Below, piece after piece: positions 50,156-61,700 of a stretch of 64,000 nt of DNA (positions are counted from its first letter, which is position 1; each line of letters starts with the position of its first letter). A program made the translations under genes and the position numbers. A model generated the notes under the pieces. It did no database searches. It was given only the letters and a program-made list of their open reading frames with translations, and was not told where the DNA came from. The stretch spans positions 1,109,001 to 1,173,000 of the forward strand of contig ML992502.1 in assembly GCA_010093995.1 (NCBI GenBank), in the 5' to 3' direction. The DNA is from Elsinoe ampelina. Its lineage: Eukaryota.

Positions 50156-50894
50156 CACGTGCCACGTTCATGTCATGTGTACAGTAGACTATTGCGGGCC
50201 ATGCGGTCGTATCAACACGTGGTTGCAGCGGCGAGAAAGCTTGCAGGTAATATAGAGGGATATATACCCTTGCGTAGGTCTCAGACTGGGTCCTTGGATT
50301 ACTTGGATGATGATATGGTTCAGGTCGGGTTCTGGACCTGCGATGAGATATCTCCTTCCTTTGACCAAGCAACATATCCACAAGCGAAGCTCATGGCAAC
50401 CCTGCTCGATGCCAAAAGAGTAAATTGTAAGTCAATTGTGATTCGCTGATGGAGACCCTGCCTGCACTGACTCTGGTCGGCTGACTTGGCGGCATCCGTT
50501 CCTGCGGTACAGCTTGCTACGAGCAGCTCTCCCGTCGATGCAGCTCGGCCGGGACACAAACACGAGTCGTCAGTGGCTTTCAGAATGCCGACGAAGAGAG
50601 ACGGAGCAGGAACAGAAGCTCCATAGACTGAACCCTAAAATGAGCGCCAAGGCCACCTCCGCCGGTCACCGACCTATCAGAACGACACGTCAACCCACGC
50701 GACACCTCTTCTGTGCTCTTCCCCTCAAACCACCACCGCATCTCGCCCTCAATCAAGGCTCAATCTCGCTTCTCATCCTCGAATCCCCTCGATCTGCATG
50801 CACAAAATCTGGTCATGATATGATCAAGGGTTGCGCCGCAAAACAAAATTCGAGCCGCCCTGCCCGCCAAAACCCACTCAATTCAATACACGTG
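50156..50894. promoter_or_regulatory. Cluster of putative Pho4/NUC-1-type bHLH sites upstream of alkaline phosphatase
   Basis: CACGTG at 50156, 50216 and 50889; CACGTT at 50163; TATATAA near 51065, ahead of ATG 51149. Confidence 0.6.
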
Positions 50895-51148
50895 CTGCAC
50901 GCTTCCGAACCCTGCCTACCAGAAGCTACCGATCGGCCAATATCCAGGCGACCTGGTCGAAGCCATGCCTACCCACTCCTTCCTCATTCGGTCGAGAGAA
51001 TTTCTCGTCGACGACTCGAGCGAGTCCGGCATTTCCCAGCATGACGTCCAAGCTATGAGGTAAGTATATAACCCTTGTTGACCCGTTCAGAGGTAAGCTC
51101 GTCCGTCTTTTCACCAGCACTTCTTGTACTTGGGATCTGCCAACGACA

Positions 51149-53358
51149 ATGAAGACCTTCTCCACACTCGCGGTTGCCGCGACCCTCACTGGGTTCGCGA
51201 CTGCGCAGAGCTTCCAGCGTCTGGGTGCTTGTCCACAGCTAGGATGTATCTTCCCGCCCGATCAGACTGACTTCCTCGCCGGTCAGTACTTTGACATCCG
51301 ACTTGAGGTTCACGCTCCGAAGAACGGCTCGGAGGCTATCAGCTCGCCGCCAGACGAGAACTTCTCGTTCACGGTTCAGAAGAAGGGACAAGAGAGACCG
51401 AGACCAGCCCCTGCATTTTTCAATCGCTTTGGTTTCAACCTCACGGAGCCTCGTCTTGAGCGGTGGAACTTCACCTGGTTCGAAGGTGGGTAGATATCAA
51501 GAACAAGAACTCCCAAGGCGGACTTGGCCGAAATGCTGATACTGTGCTTGGCAGACTTCTTCGCCCAGGATGCCGGAACGCCTTCCCTTGTCGACGTAAC
51601 CGCAAAAGCATACCGCAAAGTCGCCTTGTACGAGCCCGGCGAGTACGAAGCCGTCCTGACATACTACAATGGCTCCCAAACCCGAGCCAACTGGTTGGTT
51701 CGCGATATCGACGAGATCCGCCGCACCAAGAATGTACTCCTCTTCATCGGAGACGGTATGACCACAAACATGATCTCGGCTGCACGCTTGATCGGCCACA
51801 AGAGCATCAACGGGAAATATCAGTCTCTGATGGCCATGGACCAGTTCCCAGTCCTTGGTCATCAGATGACCCATTCCATTGATTCGTTCATCACTGATTC
51901 GGCCAACTCCGCCAGCGCTCTCTACTCGGGTCACAAATCGTCTGTCAATGCTCTTGGTGTCTATGCCGACTCGAGCCGCAACTCATTCGACGACCCCAAG
52001 GTTGAGACCATTGCTGAGCTCTTCTACCGCCGCTACAAGGGCAAGGTCGGCATTGTCTCCACTGCGTTCATCGCAGATGCCACTCCCGCGGGTCTGACCG
52101 TCCACACCCGCGACCGTGGCCAATACGGCGCGGTTGTTGACTCGTTCTTGAACGGTGTCCAGAACTACTCCTGGACCGAGTGGAAGGGTGCGGATGTCAT
52201 CTTTGGTGGCGGTGCTGAACAGTTCTACTCTCCTAGCCTTGGAGGTCGTACCTACCTGAACCGCGACTACTACGAGGTCTTCCGCAACGCCTCTTACAAC
52301 ATCATTCAGAACGCCACCGCGCTTGCCGCAGCCCCCAACGATCGCCGCACCCTCGGTATCTTCTCCGTCTCCAACATGGCCAAGTGGCTCGACCGCAACG
52401 TCTATCCAGCCAATCTCCGCAACCAACGCAACTCCCCAGACGGTCTCCGAAATGATGCTATCGATCAGCCCGGTCTCAAGCAGATGACCATCAAGGCCAT
52501 TGACATCCTCCAGACCCGCGCCAAGGCCGCCAAAGACAAGGACGAACAGTCCTGGTTCCTCATGTCCGAAGCCGCCTCCATCGACAAGCAAATGCACGCT
52601 CTCGACTACGACCGTGCTCTCGGCGAGCTCCTCGAACTCGACGACACCATCCGCGCCTCGATCGAGCACCTCGACGAGATCGGCGAGCTGGAAAACACCA
52701 TGATCATCGTCACCGCCGACCACGGCCACGGCTTCGACGTCTACGGCTCCGCTGACACCAAGTACCTCAACCAAGCCAGCGGCGACCGCAACAAGCGCAA
52801 CGCCATCGGCGTCTACGAGTCCTCGGGTCTGAGCCAGTACCAACTCTCCGGCAACCTGACCTACACCGACGGCAGCTTCTTCCCCAAGAACTGGGCGCCC
52901 CGCTACAGTCTCGCTCAGGGCGTCGTCGCGTTCCCTGATCGCAGGGAGAACTTCCAGGTGCACACCAATGGGCCTCGTACTCCGGCCACGAACATTACCG
53001 GTTTCCCCCGTGATGATTACTACGTCAACTACGTCGATGCCGTCACTGGGTTCCTCATCAATGGCTCGCTGCCAACGGACCAGGCGCAAGGCGTGCACTC
53101 GCTTACTGATGTGCCGGTCTTTGCCATGGGTCCTTGCGAGGAACTCTTCGGTGGTGTGTATAATAACATCGATCTATTCTACGGGTAAGCGTCATCCGTA
53201 CCACCTCGCACAAGCATACACTAACGGTCCCCAGAATGGCGGAATGCCTCGGTCTCTCCCGCAGCAACCCAGACGGCCGTCCCCGACCCGGCAAGGGCCA
53301 CGGCGGACGCCCGGGCAAAGGCAAGCCAGGCAAGGGCAAGGGGCCCAAGCCTTACTAG
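51149..53358 (+). CDS. Secreted alkaline phosphatase
   Basis: Signal peptide; KNVLLFIGDGM, active-site TDSANSASA, DATPA, EAASIDKQMH, IVTADHGH, HSLTDVPVFA; introns approx. 51487-51554 and 53184-53235. Confidence 0.93.
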
Positions 53359-53826
53359 ACCGGTTTCCTTTCATCGCACTTGATCTGTCGAAAGTAATAG
53401 AGGAGTAATGTTTATCTACCCAGCAGTTGTCGTCACAGAAGCAGAAGCAGAAGCGAGGCGTTGAGGAGAGAGCACGAGGTGGGGACTCGATGATGTGAAA
53501 TGAAATGTAGCAGTAGATGTAGTAGAGGTGTAGTTGTGGTTGCAGACGCCTCGTAGGTGTGACACAAAACGGTGTATGAACGCTTAGACCAAAGCTCTAT
53601 GAAACCTCCCAGGTCGTGATCGGAACAAATGGTAGCCCGCACCGCCAGTGATCCAATCTACCAAACGCCGAGCACGCCGCGTTACTGTCCACCCGTTTCC
53701 CTTCCCCTTCCCCTTCCCTCCGCCCCACCTCTCCCCCCTATCCCTCCGCTCAGCCCGCCCCACCACCCCTCTCCCCCCATCCCCCTTGCGCTCCCCCTCC
53801 CCCCTCCCCCCGCGCGACAAAGGCCC

Positions 53827-56810
53827 CTACTCCTCATCCCCGAAAAACGTCAAAATCGCCCTGACGCCCCCGGGCCCCATACCACGCGGCGGATACGCCA
53901 CGAAGATCGGATCCTCGTGGGCCCCCAACTTCTCCCTAAACACGGTCTTGCGCGTCAACTTCAGCTCCGCCGCAATGGCCGAATACGCCCTGCTCAACAC
54001 CCTGACCCTCGGGCCGTTGAGGTTATGCCCGGGGACGAGCTTGCTCGTCGCGCCCCCGCCGAACGTGACGCTCGTGGCCCCCGCGTCCCCGGCGCGTTTG
54101 AGCGCGTGCATCACGGCGCTCTCGATGGTTCCCGAGGGCGCAGAGGGGAAGTCGAGGGCGTACTTCACTTGCCACCCCCGCGCGGGGGAGAGTTGCGCCA
54201 TGACGACGAGGGCGTGGAGGGTGCCGTCGGGTCCGGAGGCGAGGTGGTACGAGCGGTGCGCCGTGTCTTGCCACGGTCGGATCTCGGTGAGGTGGACTTG
54301 TTTGCCTTTGCGGTTTTTGATCCAGTCCGTGACGCGGGCGTCGACTTTGGCGCGGACGTCGGGGGGTGGCGCCTTGCCGAGGGGTAGTCGGTGATGTGGA
54401 TGCCTTGTTTGGACGCGTGGCGGATTTTGCGTTGGATGTCGTTGTCGTGTTGCGCTGGGTTGTGGGTGGGGTCGAGGCGTTGTTCGGCGGCTACGGAGAA
54501 GGTGCGCCAGTTGTGTTTGGTTGCGAGGACTTCTTCGGTGAGGTGGCCGCAGAGGACCCAGAAGGGTTTGAGATTGCGGTCTTTGCGGATGTAGCGCAGG
54601 TAGCTGGCGATTGTTTTGGGGAATTGCTCGGGGTGGCAAAGTGGATCGCCGACGGTGATGGCGTAGTCGCCTTGGGGGACGAAGCCAATGGCTGCACCAG
54701 TGTCTTCCGCTCGCCAGATCTCGGTTCGTGGCTCGAGCCAGGAAGTATTGGAGGCGTCGCCGTAGTTGGCGATGAGCTTCTCGATTGGTGGTAGGTCCAA
54801 GTGGGCCGCGACTCGATCTCGACCTTCCCAGGGAGGGTGCATGGTGGAGGCTTCCGGATGACGCAGTTGAGGGACTGCTGGTTTTGCTGGGAATGATTTT
54901 GGATCTCGAGGGAACATGGAGGCGTTTCTGATGTCTCCAAGGTTGAGCATGAGCATGAGAAGACGCTCTAGTCCAATCCCTCCACCTCCGTGGGGAGGCA
55001 TACCCCATTCAAAGGCACTGAGGTAGTCTTCCATGCTCGAAGTGTCGATATGGAGTCGCTCCAAATTCTTCTTCAGCATGCTGGCATCGTGGATACGTTG
55101 GCCGCCGGACAGGATCTCCTGTCCCCGGCAGAAGATGTCGAATGAATTTGTGAAGCGGTTATCGTCAGGATCCGGCATGGCGTAGAAAGGTCGAGCCCCG
55201 ACAGGGAACTTGTCGAGGATATAGTAATCGGTGTGGTAGCGCTCCTTCACCAAACGTCCGAGCTCGATCTCGTCTCTTGTCCCCAGATCCTCATCTTCTG
55301 GAAGCTCTTCACCCTTTTCGTTTCGCCAGCCAGACTCGTTCAGCATCTTGATGCCGTCCGAGAACTTGATAATTGGTGTCTCATCCGCCCATACCAGATC
55401 CTCGTGAGGATGTTGCTTCTTCACAATCTCAATTTCGTCCCGACACTTGACGTATATGCCTTCAAAGATCGTCTTGAAGACATTGTCCAGGACCCTGATA
55501 ATTTCGTGATAATGTTCGTCGATAGCCATCTCCAGATCCAGACCGGTATACTCGGTCAAGTGTCGATGTGTGTTGGAATTCTCGGCGCGGAAGACGGCGC
55601 CAATCTCAAAGACCCGGCCAAAGTCGGCAGATATGGCCATCTGCTTGGGCAGTTGGGGTGACTGAGCTAGCGCTGCAGGTCGACCAAAGTATTGTAACTT
55701 GAACACACTTGCTCCACCTTCTGATGCCCCACCTTGTAGCTTGGGCGTGTGGATTTCAATGAAATTTTGCTTGAGCAGGGCTCCACGGAAGAGTGTCGAC
55801 ACTGCGGATTGTACTCGAAAGATGCTGTGTGCTGTGGTCGTTCGAAGGTCGAGTACTCGATTGGCCTGGCGAGCCCTTCCTGAAAGCCTGGTACGGTCCG
55901 ACTGCTCTGCGTCTGTCTTCGATACCTCTGCTTCGGGTATGGTGAATGGTAGTGGTTCGGTTGGCTTGCCCTCGACGAAGATCTCGTGTATGGATATCTC
56001 GACATTCTTGATGGTGGCACCGAGGACTTCGCCTTGTTCAGCTTTTGGTTCCTGGACCACACCCTTGACCTTGACTACCGTCTCGCTGTGAAGGTGTTGT
56101 ACCCAGTAGATCATATGACGAGAAACAGAACCATGCTCTTGCAGTACACCCTGGACCGTGTTGGCTTGTTGCCGAAGGTGGACGAAAGTCAGCTTCTGAC
56201 TGATCTTCCTGATATTCTGTACCCTCGCACGAAAGACTACCACACGTCCAGCATCGCTTGCGGACAGCTCTTCAATGGCGACACGCTTCTCTCCAGTGGT
56301 CTTACCAGCGTAGTTGTTGATTGGTAGGTAGCCGTACTTGGACTTCTGTTCCTCAGTCTCACTCTCAGCGGCGCGTTTCTCTGCCTCCTCTTTCCGAAGG
56401 CGATCGGCTTCTTCCCGTGTCCCAGCCGATTTGCGACGGACTTCTCGGGATCGATCTCGGGCGTGCTTGCGTTGTTGGTTCTTGCTCAAGGGCTCGCCGT
56501 CGCGGTTCAGCGGTCGATCATCCGAGGAAGAGCTTGACCGCCGATGGAAGACATCTTTGATGGCACGGATGGGTGATGCGCTATGATGTGTGTGCTCATG
56601 TTTGATGTGATTGCGGTCGAAAGATGCACGGATTGGCGATGCTGTCTTCGATGTTGGAGTGTCAGTACCATTGAGATTGAAACTATCTCGGGACGCTTCA
56701 GTGCTAGTGGTCGATCCCGTCGGTATGCGTCGGTCCTTCTGGATTGTATCAATCGCCACCTTGTCTTTTGGGTGCGTCGAGCGCTTCAGGGCGGAGAGCG
56801 CCCGCTCCAT
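53827..56810 (-). CDS. erdS: Ergosteryl-3beta-O-aspartate synthase (AspRS-DUF2156 fusion); apparent 1-bp deletion at 54381-54384 (994 aa if corrected)
   Basis: AspRS motifs (RVLDLRT, EGGASVF, LAQSPQL, FRAENSNTHRHLTEY, GQEILSGGQRIH, PPHGGGGIGLERL) followed by DUF2156/GNAT-type LIANYGDASNTSW, VGDPLC and, in the shifted frame, RKGKQVHLTEIRPW, QVKYALDFP, VTFG, FREKLGA. Confidence 0.9.
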
Positions 56811-57462
56811 GTCGAGCTATTCAGTAGGGGATGAGCTCAATGGCGGTAAGGATAAGCTACGAATGCTGTGATGCAAAGTAAAGAGCAATGGTAGGTCAGG
56901 GTAGGAGCAGAGTGAAGAGGGAACTTTTGACGGTTCAAGTGCTACTTAGCTAGACGTCGTTCCTGGATCACAACGCACAGTGACGGCGGAGCTGCTTAGA
57001 TATGGTTCACCCGTACCTTGCGGGTGACTGCTCACATGCCTCGGAATTGCAAAGCACGACGACATGACGAAACAGATGTTGACAAAGTTCAGCGAGGTGC
57101 TTGGAAGAGACCGGAAACAAAGTCGAGTGAGGGTCAGGATTTTTGCGTCGTTCGCGTGCCGAAAGGCCCGCCTCGGAATTTGAGCGCTTGTGATTCGCCG
57201 CGAGCGGATTTCTTGTCATTGGCAAATTCGTCACCTTCCACCCTGGCAGTACCGCAGTCTTTAGGCGACAAACATTGGCTTCGAGTACAGCCCGATTATA
57301 CACGTACACCGATCAGCAATTCTATACAAGAAGGCCACGAACGAACTTCTGAGAGGTGAGGGCAGAGGTGAATTAAGAGGTAGCGGTGTTTACTAGCTCG
57401 ACGTCACAAGCTTTTTCATGCCAGAGCTTAGCTCAATGTTCCCGCCCGCCGCCCTTGGGCCC

Positions 57463-59072
57463 AAGGCTCACTTTCAGAAATCCTGGCGCACGGGCCCGCC
57501 AAGCTGTACCGGCTTTACCACTTTTTGTATATAGACAATACATCTTCATAGGCTGCGCTCAATTCTTATTGTATGAAGCTGTAATTAAGGTGGTAAATAG
57601 CTATACTATTGAATTAAAGGTGTAAGTGCTTAATAGTTAGTGCTTTTGCCGTTATGTTACTATAGCTAGTGTACTCTATCCGGTATCTTCTCTACTAGCT
57701 TATCTATCTAATCCTACGGTATATCCTCCTATTCTTCTTAAATAAAGCGTTTTAGCTCTTTATTAGTTGTTAGTATATGTCGCTTAATATACTACTTAAC
57801 TCTCTACTAGTAGTTCTTAATAATAGTTATATTAGGTAATTTAGTACAATTAGTATAATATTAGAAGCCTAGTAGTAAGTCTTTATATAGCTTAACTAGA
57901 TTGTAGGTTAATTAAGTGCCGTAAGCGCTATTATTGTCTTCTTCTAGTATAAAGGCTTCCTTCTTAAACTATACATTGTCCTAGTACTTCTTAATATAGG
58001 GAATAAAGATACTATAAAGATAGGTAAACTAATTAAGGTTACTGCCGATAGTAAGTACTAAGAGTTACTTCTTATAGTAGTCGTATTTATAACTCGCCTT
58101 ATCTTTATACTAGTACTTATAGCTAGGCTATAAGTTGTTTAATAGGCGTAACTTAGCTTCCTCTATCTTAAGAATAGTCCCTAAAGGCTAAGAGTTAACA
58201 TTAATAAGGTCGGCCTCTAGTATAGCCTTTTGCTTGTTAATTGTCTTTAGTAGTAGCAAATTAGAGTAGAATATAAGCTCTAACTTAAAGCTATAGCCGA
58301 CTATCCCCTAGATATATACTATTATCTTTGTAGTTTTCTTTTTAAACTAGATCTTATTTAGGTTATTCCTCTAGCCTCGGCGGCGATAGATTATAGTAGT
58401 AGCTCTTAAGTTATAGTAAAAATAAGACTTATTAGTAAATCTAATACTTTTCTAGAAGTCTAAGTCTTTATAGCGGTAGATTTCAGCCTACGCTTTATAA
58501 GCTGCTATATTCTTAGCCTTTAGCTAGCCCTTCTATTTAGCCTTAAACTTAAAGATACTATAGCCTTATATAGCTCTATATAGTATCTAAGAGTTAACAT
58601 CTAGATAGAATAAGTCTACTAGCTACTAGTAAGTCTTTTTAGCGTTACTAAAGCTACTATCAATAAAGCGCTAGATACAACAGAGTAGACAGTTATTAAT
58701 AATAGAGGTTCTTCTAGGCCGCTTAGATCTAGACCTCCGAGCTAATCTAGTAAGTATCTACTATATAGAACACTTAGGAACCTTTATTATATATAATATC
58801 TAGCTTATAGGGAATTTAGTGCATCTAGGTAGTAGTAGTGCTACTCTAAGGGCGTAACAGCTAGCGCAGATTAGAGTAGGCTACTTGTGCCCCTTAGTGT
58901 ACTTCTAATTAGCCTCTAGAGTTAGCGTGCGTAAATTAGAATAAGGTAATTCGGCTATGGCAAGTTCATTAGGAAAAAAATCAAAGCAATTAGAGCAAAA
59001 TTAGTAGTGTTGTAAAGGTGTGCAATTTGGTAGTGGAATCTTGGTATGCCACGACTAAAAAAATTGAGCCTT
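57463..59072 (-). mobile_element. RIP-inactivated Tc1-like (IS630-Tc1-mariner) DNA transposon, about 1.6 kb
   Basis: Abrupt AT-rich, TpA-rich island full of TAA/TAG. Reverting transitions on the minus strand gives FWKSIRFTDESHF, LEEDNDSAHG, SPDMTIIENCW, EELKRFIQEEWEDIPQDWIDKLVEKMPDRV. Imperfect terminal inverted repeats AAGGCTCA.../...TGAGCCTT (20 of 29 positions match). Confidence 0.88.
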
Positions 59073-59733
59073 GGCCCATCCGTCCGGCACCACGCGGATG
59101 CATACACTTCTTCATCCTTCCATGCACGGCATCATGACACATCTGCCGGCGAGGGTTTGTTGATCCTGAGGCACGGAAGCTCAGAGTGTCCGTGGTTGCT
59201 TCTTGTGATCAGCAGATTGCGATCACAGGGCTGGAATAAGATATAATCCGCCTCGTCCCGATCTTTCTCGACCATGGAGCGATATCAGCTGGAAATCTTC
59301 GAGCTCCGTGCTCCGGAGTATGTCATGTATAGTACATGCATAATTGCACACAAACTCCGAATACGTCCGACGACAGGCGATCAGCATTACAAAGGCTCGA
59401 CTAGAAAGGCCAGCTTACAGCGACTGACACGAAAAGGACTCCAAGCCCTGAAGACTTGAAGAATGATAATAGTTTCAAACGTTTGGTGTGTGAATTGCTC
59501 CGTCCTTGACGTGTGCGAGCATGTCGCGAAGCCTTCTGCTCCAACCAACGGTCAATAGGTGCATGATCAGGAATTTGACATGCATGTGGAAGGCACTGGA
59601 GTATCACGTAAGGTGTCTTTCGATCATGGTTTGTATCTGTCGTCTGTCATATTCAAGTCCTCAAGCAACCCTGTTTCCTTTTTGTTGTCCTCTATGCAAG
59701 CACGCACTGCTATCATGTATCCTCCGCAACTGC

Positions 59734-60310
59734 TCAATGCCCACTGTTCGGGTAGTTTCCCTTGTCGACCGGATTCGCGGGACCGCCTCTCTGTCCGAGA
59801 ACACCACCGACATCAACCTCTTGCTTCCTTTCCTCCTTCACCTGCGACCTGAGCTCAGCCTGTTCTGCCTTCTTCCTGTCCAGATCACTCTCGAATCCTG
59901 GCTGCGCTCCGCTCGCACCTGGCTTCTCATCGACCGCTTTGGCAATCTTGCCCTCCCCTGGTGCAGCCATTTGCTCTGCCTCCAGCTCGTTGTGCCGTCC
60001 TACATCTTCGTGCGTCTTGCCTTGGGCTTCCTCTCCAGGTGCGTTGGGGGCGCGTACGCCTTGGCCTAATGAGGAGAATGTGGCTTCTTCGATTGGAGCC
60101 GTGTCATTGTCTGTGCGCTTGTCACTGGAATCGTCAGTTTGGGAGTCATAGGTTGAGCGGACAGACATACACTGCAGATGTCTTGTCCTTGGCAAGTCGG
60201 CTCGCTTGAGCTTTCTCCAGTGGTTCTTGATCCGCTGGATTGCCAGGAGTTGTGTAGGCTTGATTTAGCGTTGGCTGTGATGGGCCTGTGGGGTGAATCG
60301 CGTCGCCCAT
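59734..60310 (-). CDS. Hydrophilin/LEA-like fungal protein
   Basis: ATG 60310, one intron (GTATGT...CTGAC...CAG near 60170-60125); motifs EQMAAPGEGKIA, QPGFESDLDRKKAEQ, VDVGGVLG. Confidence 0.7.
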
Positions 60311-60683
60311 GTTCCTGGTCGTTTGGGTCTATTAGTGTGGATGCAATGTCTCTGTGATTGAATCGGATATATCTATAATGTCGAGAATGAAGAATCTACA
60401 GCAATGATACACGAAAACACAAAAATATCGATGATGATCTAGGTTAGCATGTGAAGCGATGTCGCTGCTCCCGCAAAAGCTGCCCCGCCGACGTCATTTT
60501 GTTTGTCGTCACTCTGCGCTCAAACCGCATCCACAGACACGGGATACTTAGAAAGCCTCGAGCAAAAGACAAGGATCTGAATGGAAATGGCTCCGAGTAG
60601 GTATCTCTTTCTCCGGTGAAACAAATTTCATTCAGTTGCATCCAAGTACCCATAATCACTGACCAGGTATCGAATCAGACGAA

Positions 60684-61700
60684 ATGGCGTCTTCAAAGGA
60701 GCTCCTCGGAAAGGTCTACAAGATGGTGCCGCCCATGCTGGACAGCTTCCACAAGGGCATGCTTGGTCGCGTTGGTGTCATAGGTGGGAGTGAAGACTAT
60801 ACCGGAGCTCCATACTATTCAGCAATGGCGTCCGCCAGATTGGGTGCCGACATGGTAAGCAAGATCAGTCGATCACTCGTCGCCGCAGCTGACCTCGGAT
60901 AGTCTCATGTCATCTGCGAGCCCGGTGCTGCGGCAGTGATCAAGACATACTCACCAGTCCTCATGGTACATCCCTATATGCGTTCCAAGAAGCATCTTAC
61001 CGAAACCGACACTCTCGACAGCGTCTCGGCCCAAGTAATCGCAATGCTCGACCGCCTGCACGTCATTGTCATTGGTCCAGGTCTTGGTCGCGACGAAGCC
61101 ATGCAGGAGACGTGCGCTCGAGTGATCAAGGAGGCGAGGAAGAAGGGTATCCCTATCGTCCTCGACGCCGACGGACTTTACCTGGCTCAGACTCAGGGCG
61201 AGCTTGTCCAGGGCTACGAAGACTGCATCTTGACACCCAACGTGGTCGAGTTCGGTCGCCTCGCCAAGTCCAAGAATATTGATGTGTCTAAAGAAGATCC
61301 GACCAAGCTATGCGAAAAGCTGGCGCTTGCTTTCGGTGGTGTCACAATCGTTCAGAAAGGTCAGAAAGACTATATTTCCAACGGCAAACACACTCTCGTT
61401 TCGGATGGCGAGGGCGGACTGAAGAGAGCGGGAGGGCAAGGAGATACACTTACAGGCTCCTTGGGCACATTGCTTGCATACCGCAAGGCCTACCATGACA
61501 AGATCTGGGACCACGACAACTCGTTGAGCAAATCCGAGACATTGGCCTTGGTAGCGTACGGAGGCAGTGCCATCACACGCGAATGCTCCAGGCTCGCTTT
61601 CAAGGAGAGAGGCAGAAGCTTGCAGGCAGGCGATCTCACCGAACACGTTCATGGAGCTTTCTTGAGCATGATCGGAGAGCCGACGGATGCAAAATTGTAG
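60684..61700 (+). CDS. NNR2: ATP-dependent (S)-NAD(P)H-hydrate dehydratase (YjeF C-terminal family)
   Basis: [71 protein letters not shown]; intron approx. 60855-60901. Confidence 0.93.

Noticed and set aside
51983..53098. 371-aa minus-strand ORF
   Set aside because: Antisense shadow of alkaline phosphatase caused by codon bias.
57507..59046. Inner TA-flanked boundaries as transposon ends
   Set aside because: These ends match each other poorly compared with the outer inverted repeat; kept only as the alternative to test.
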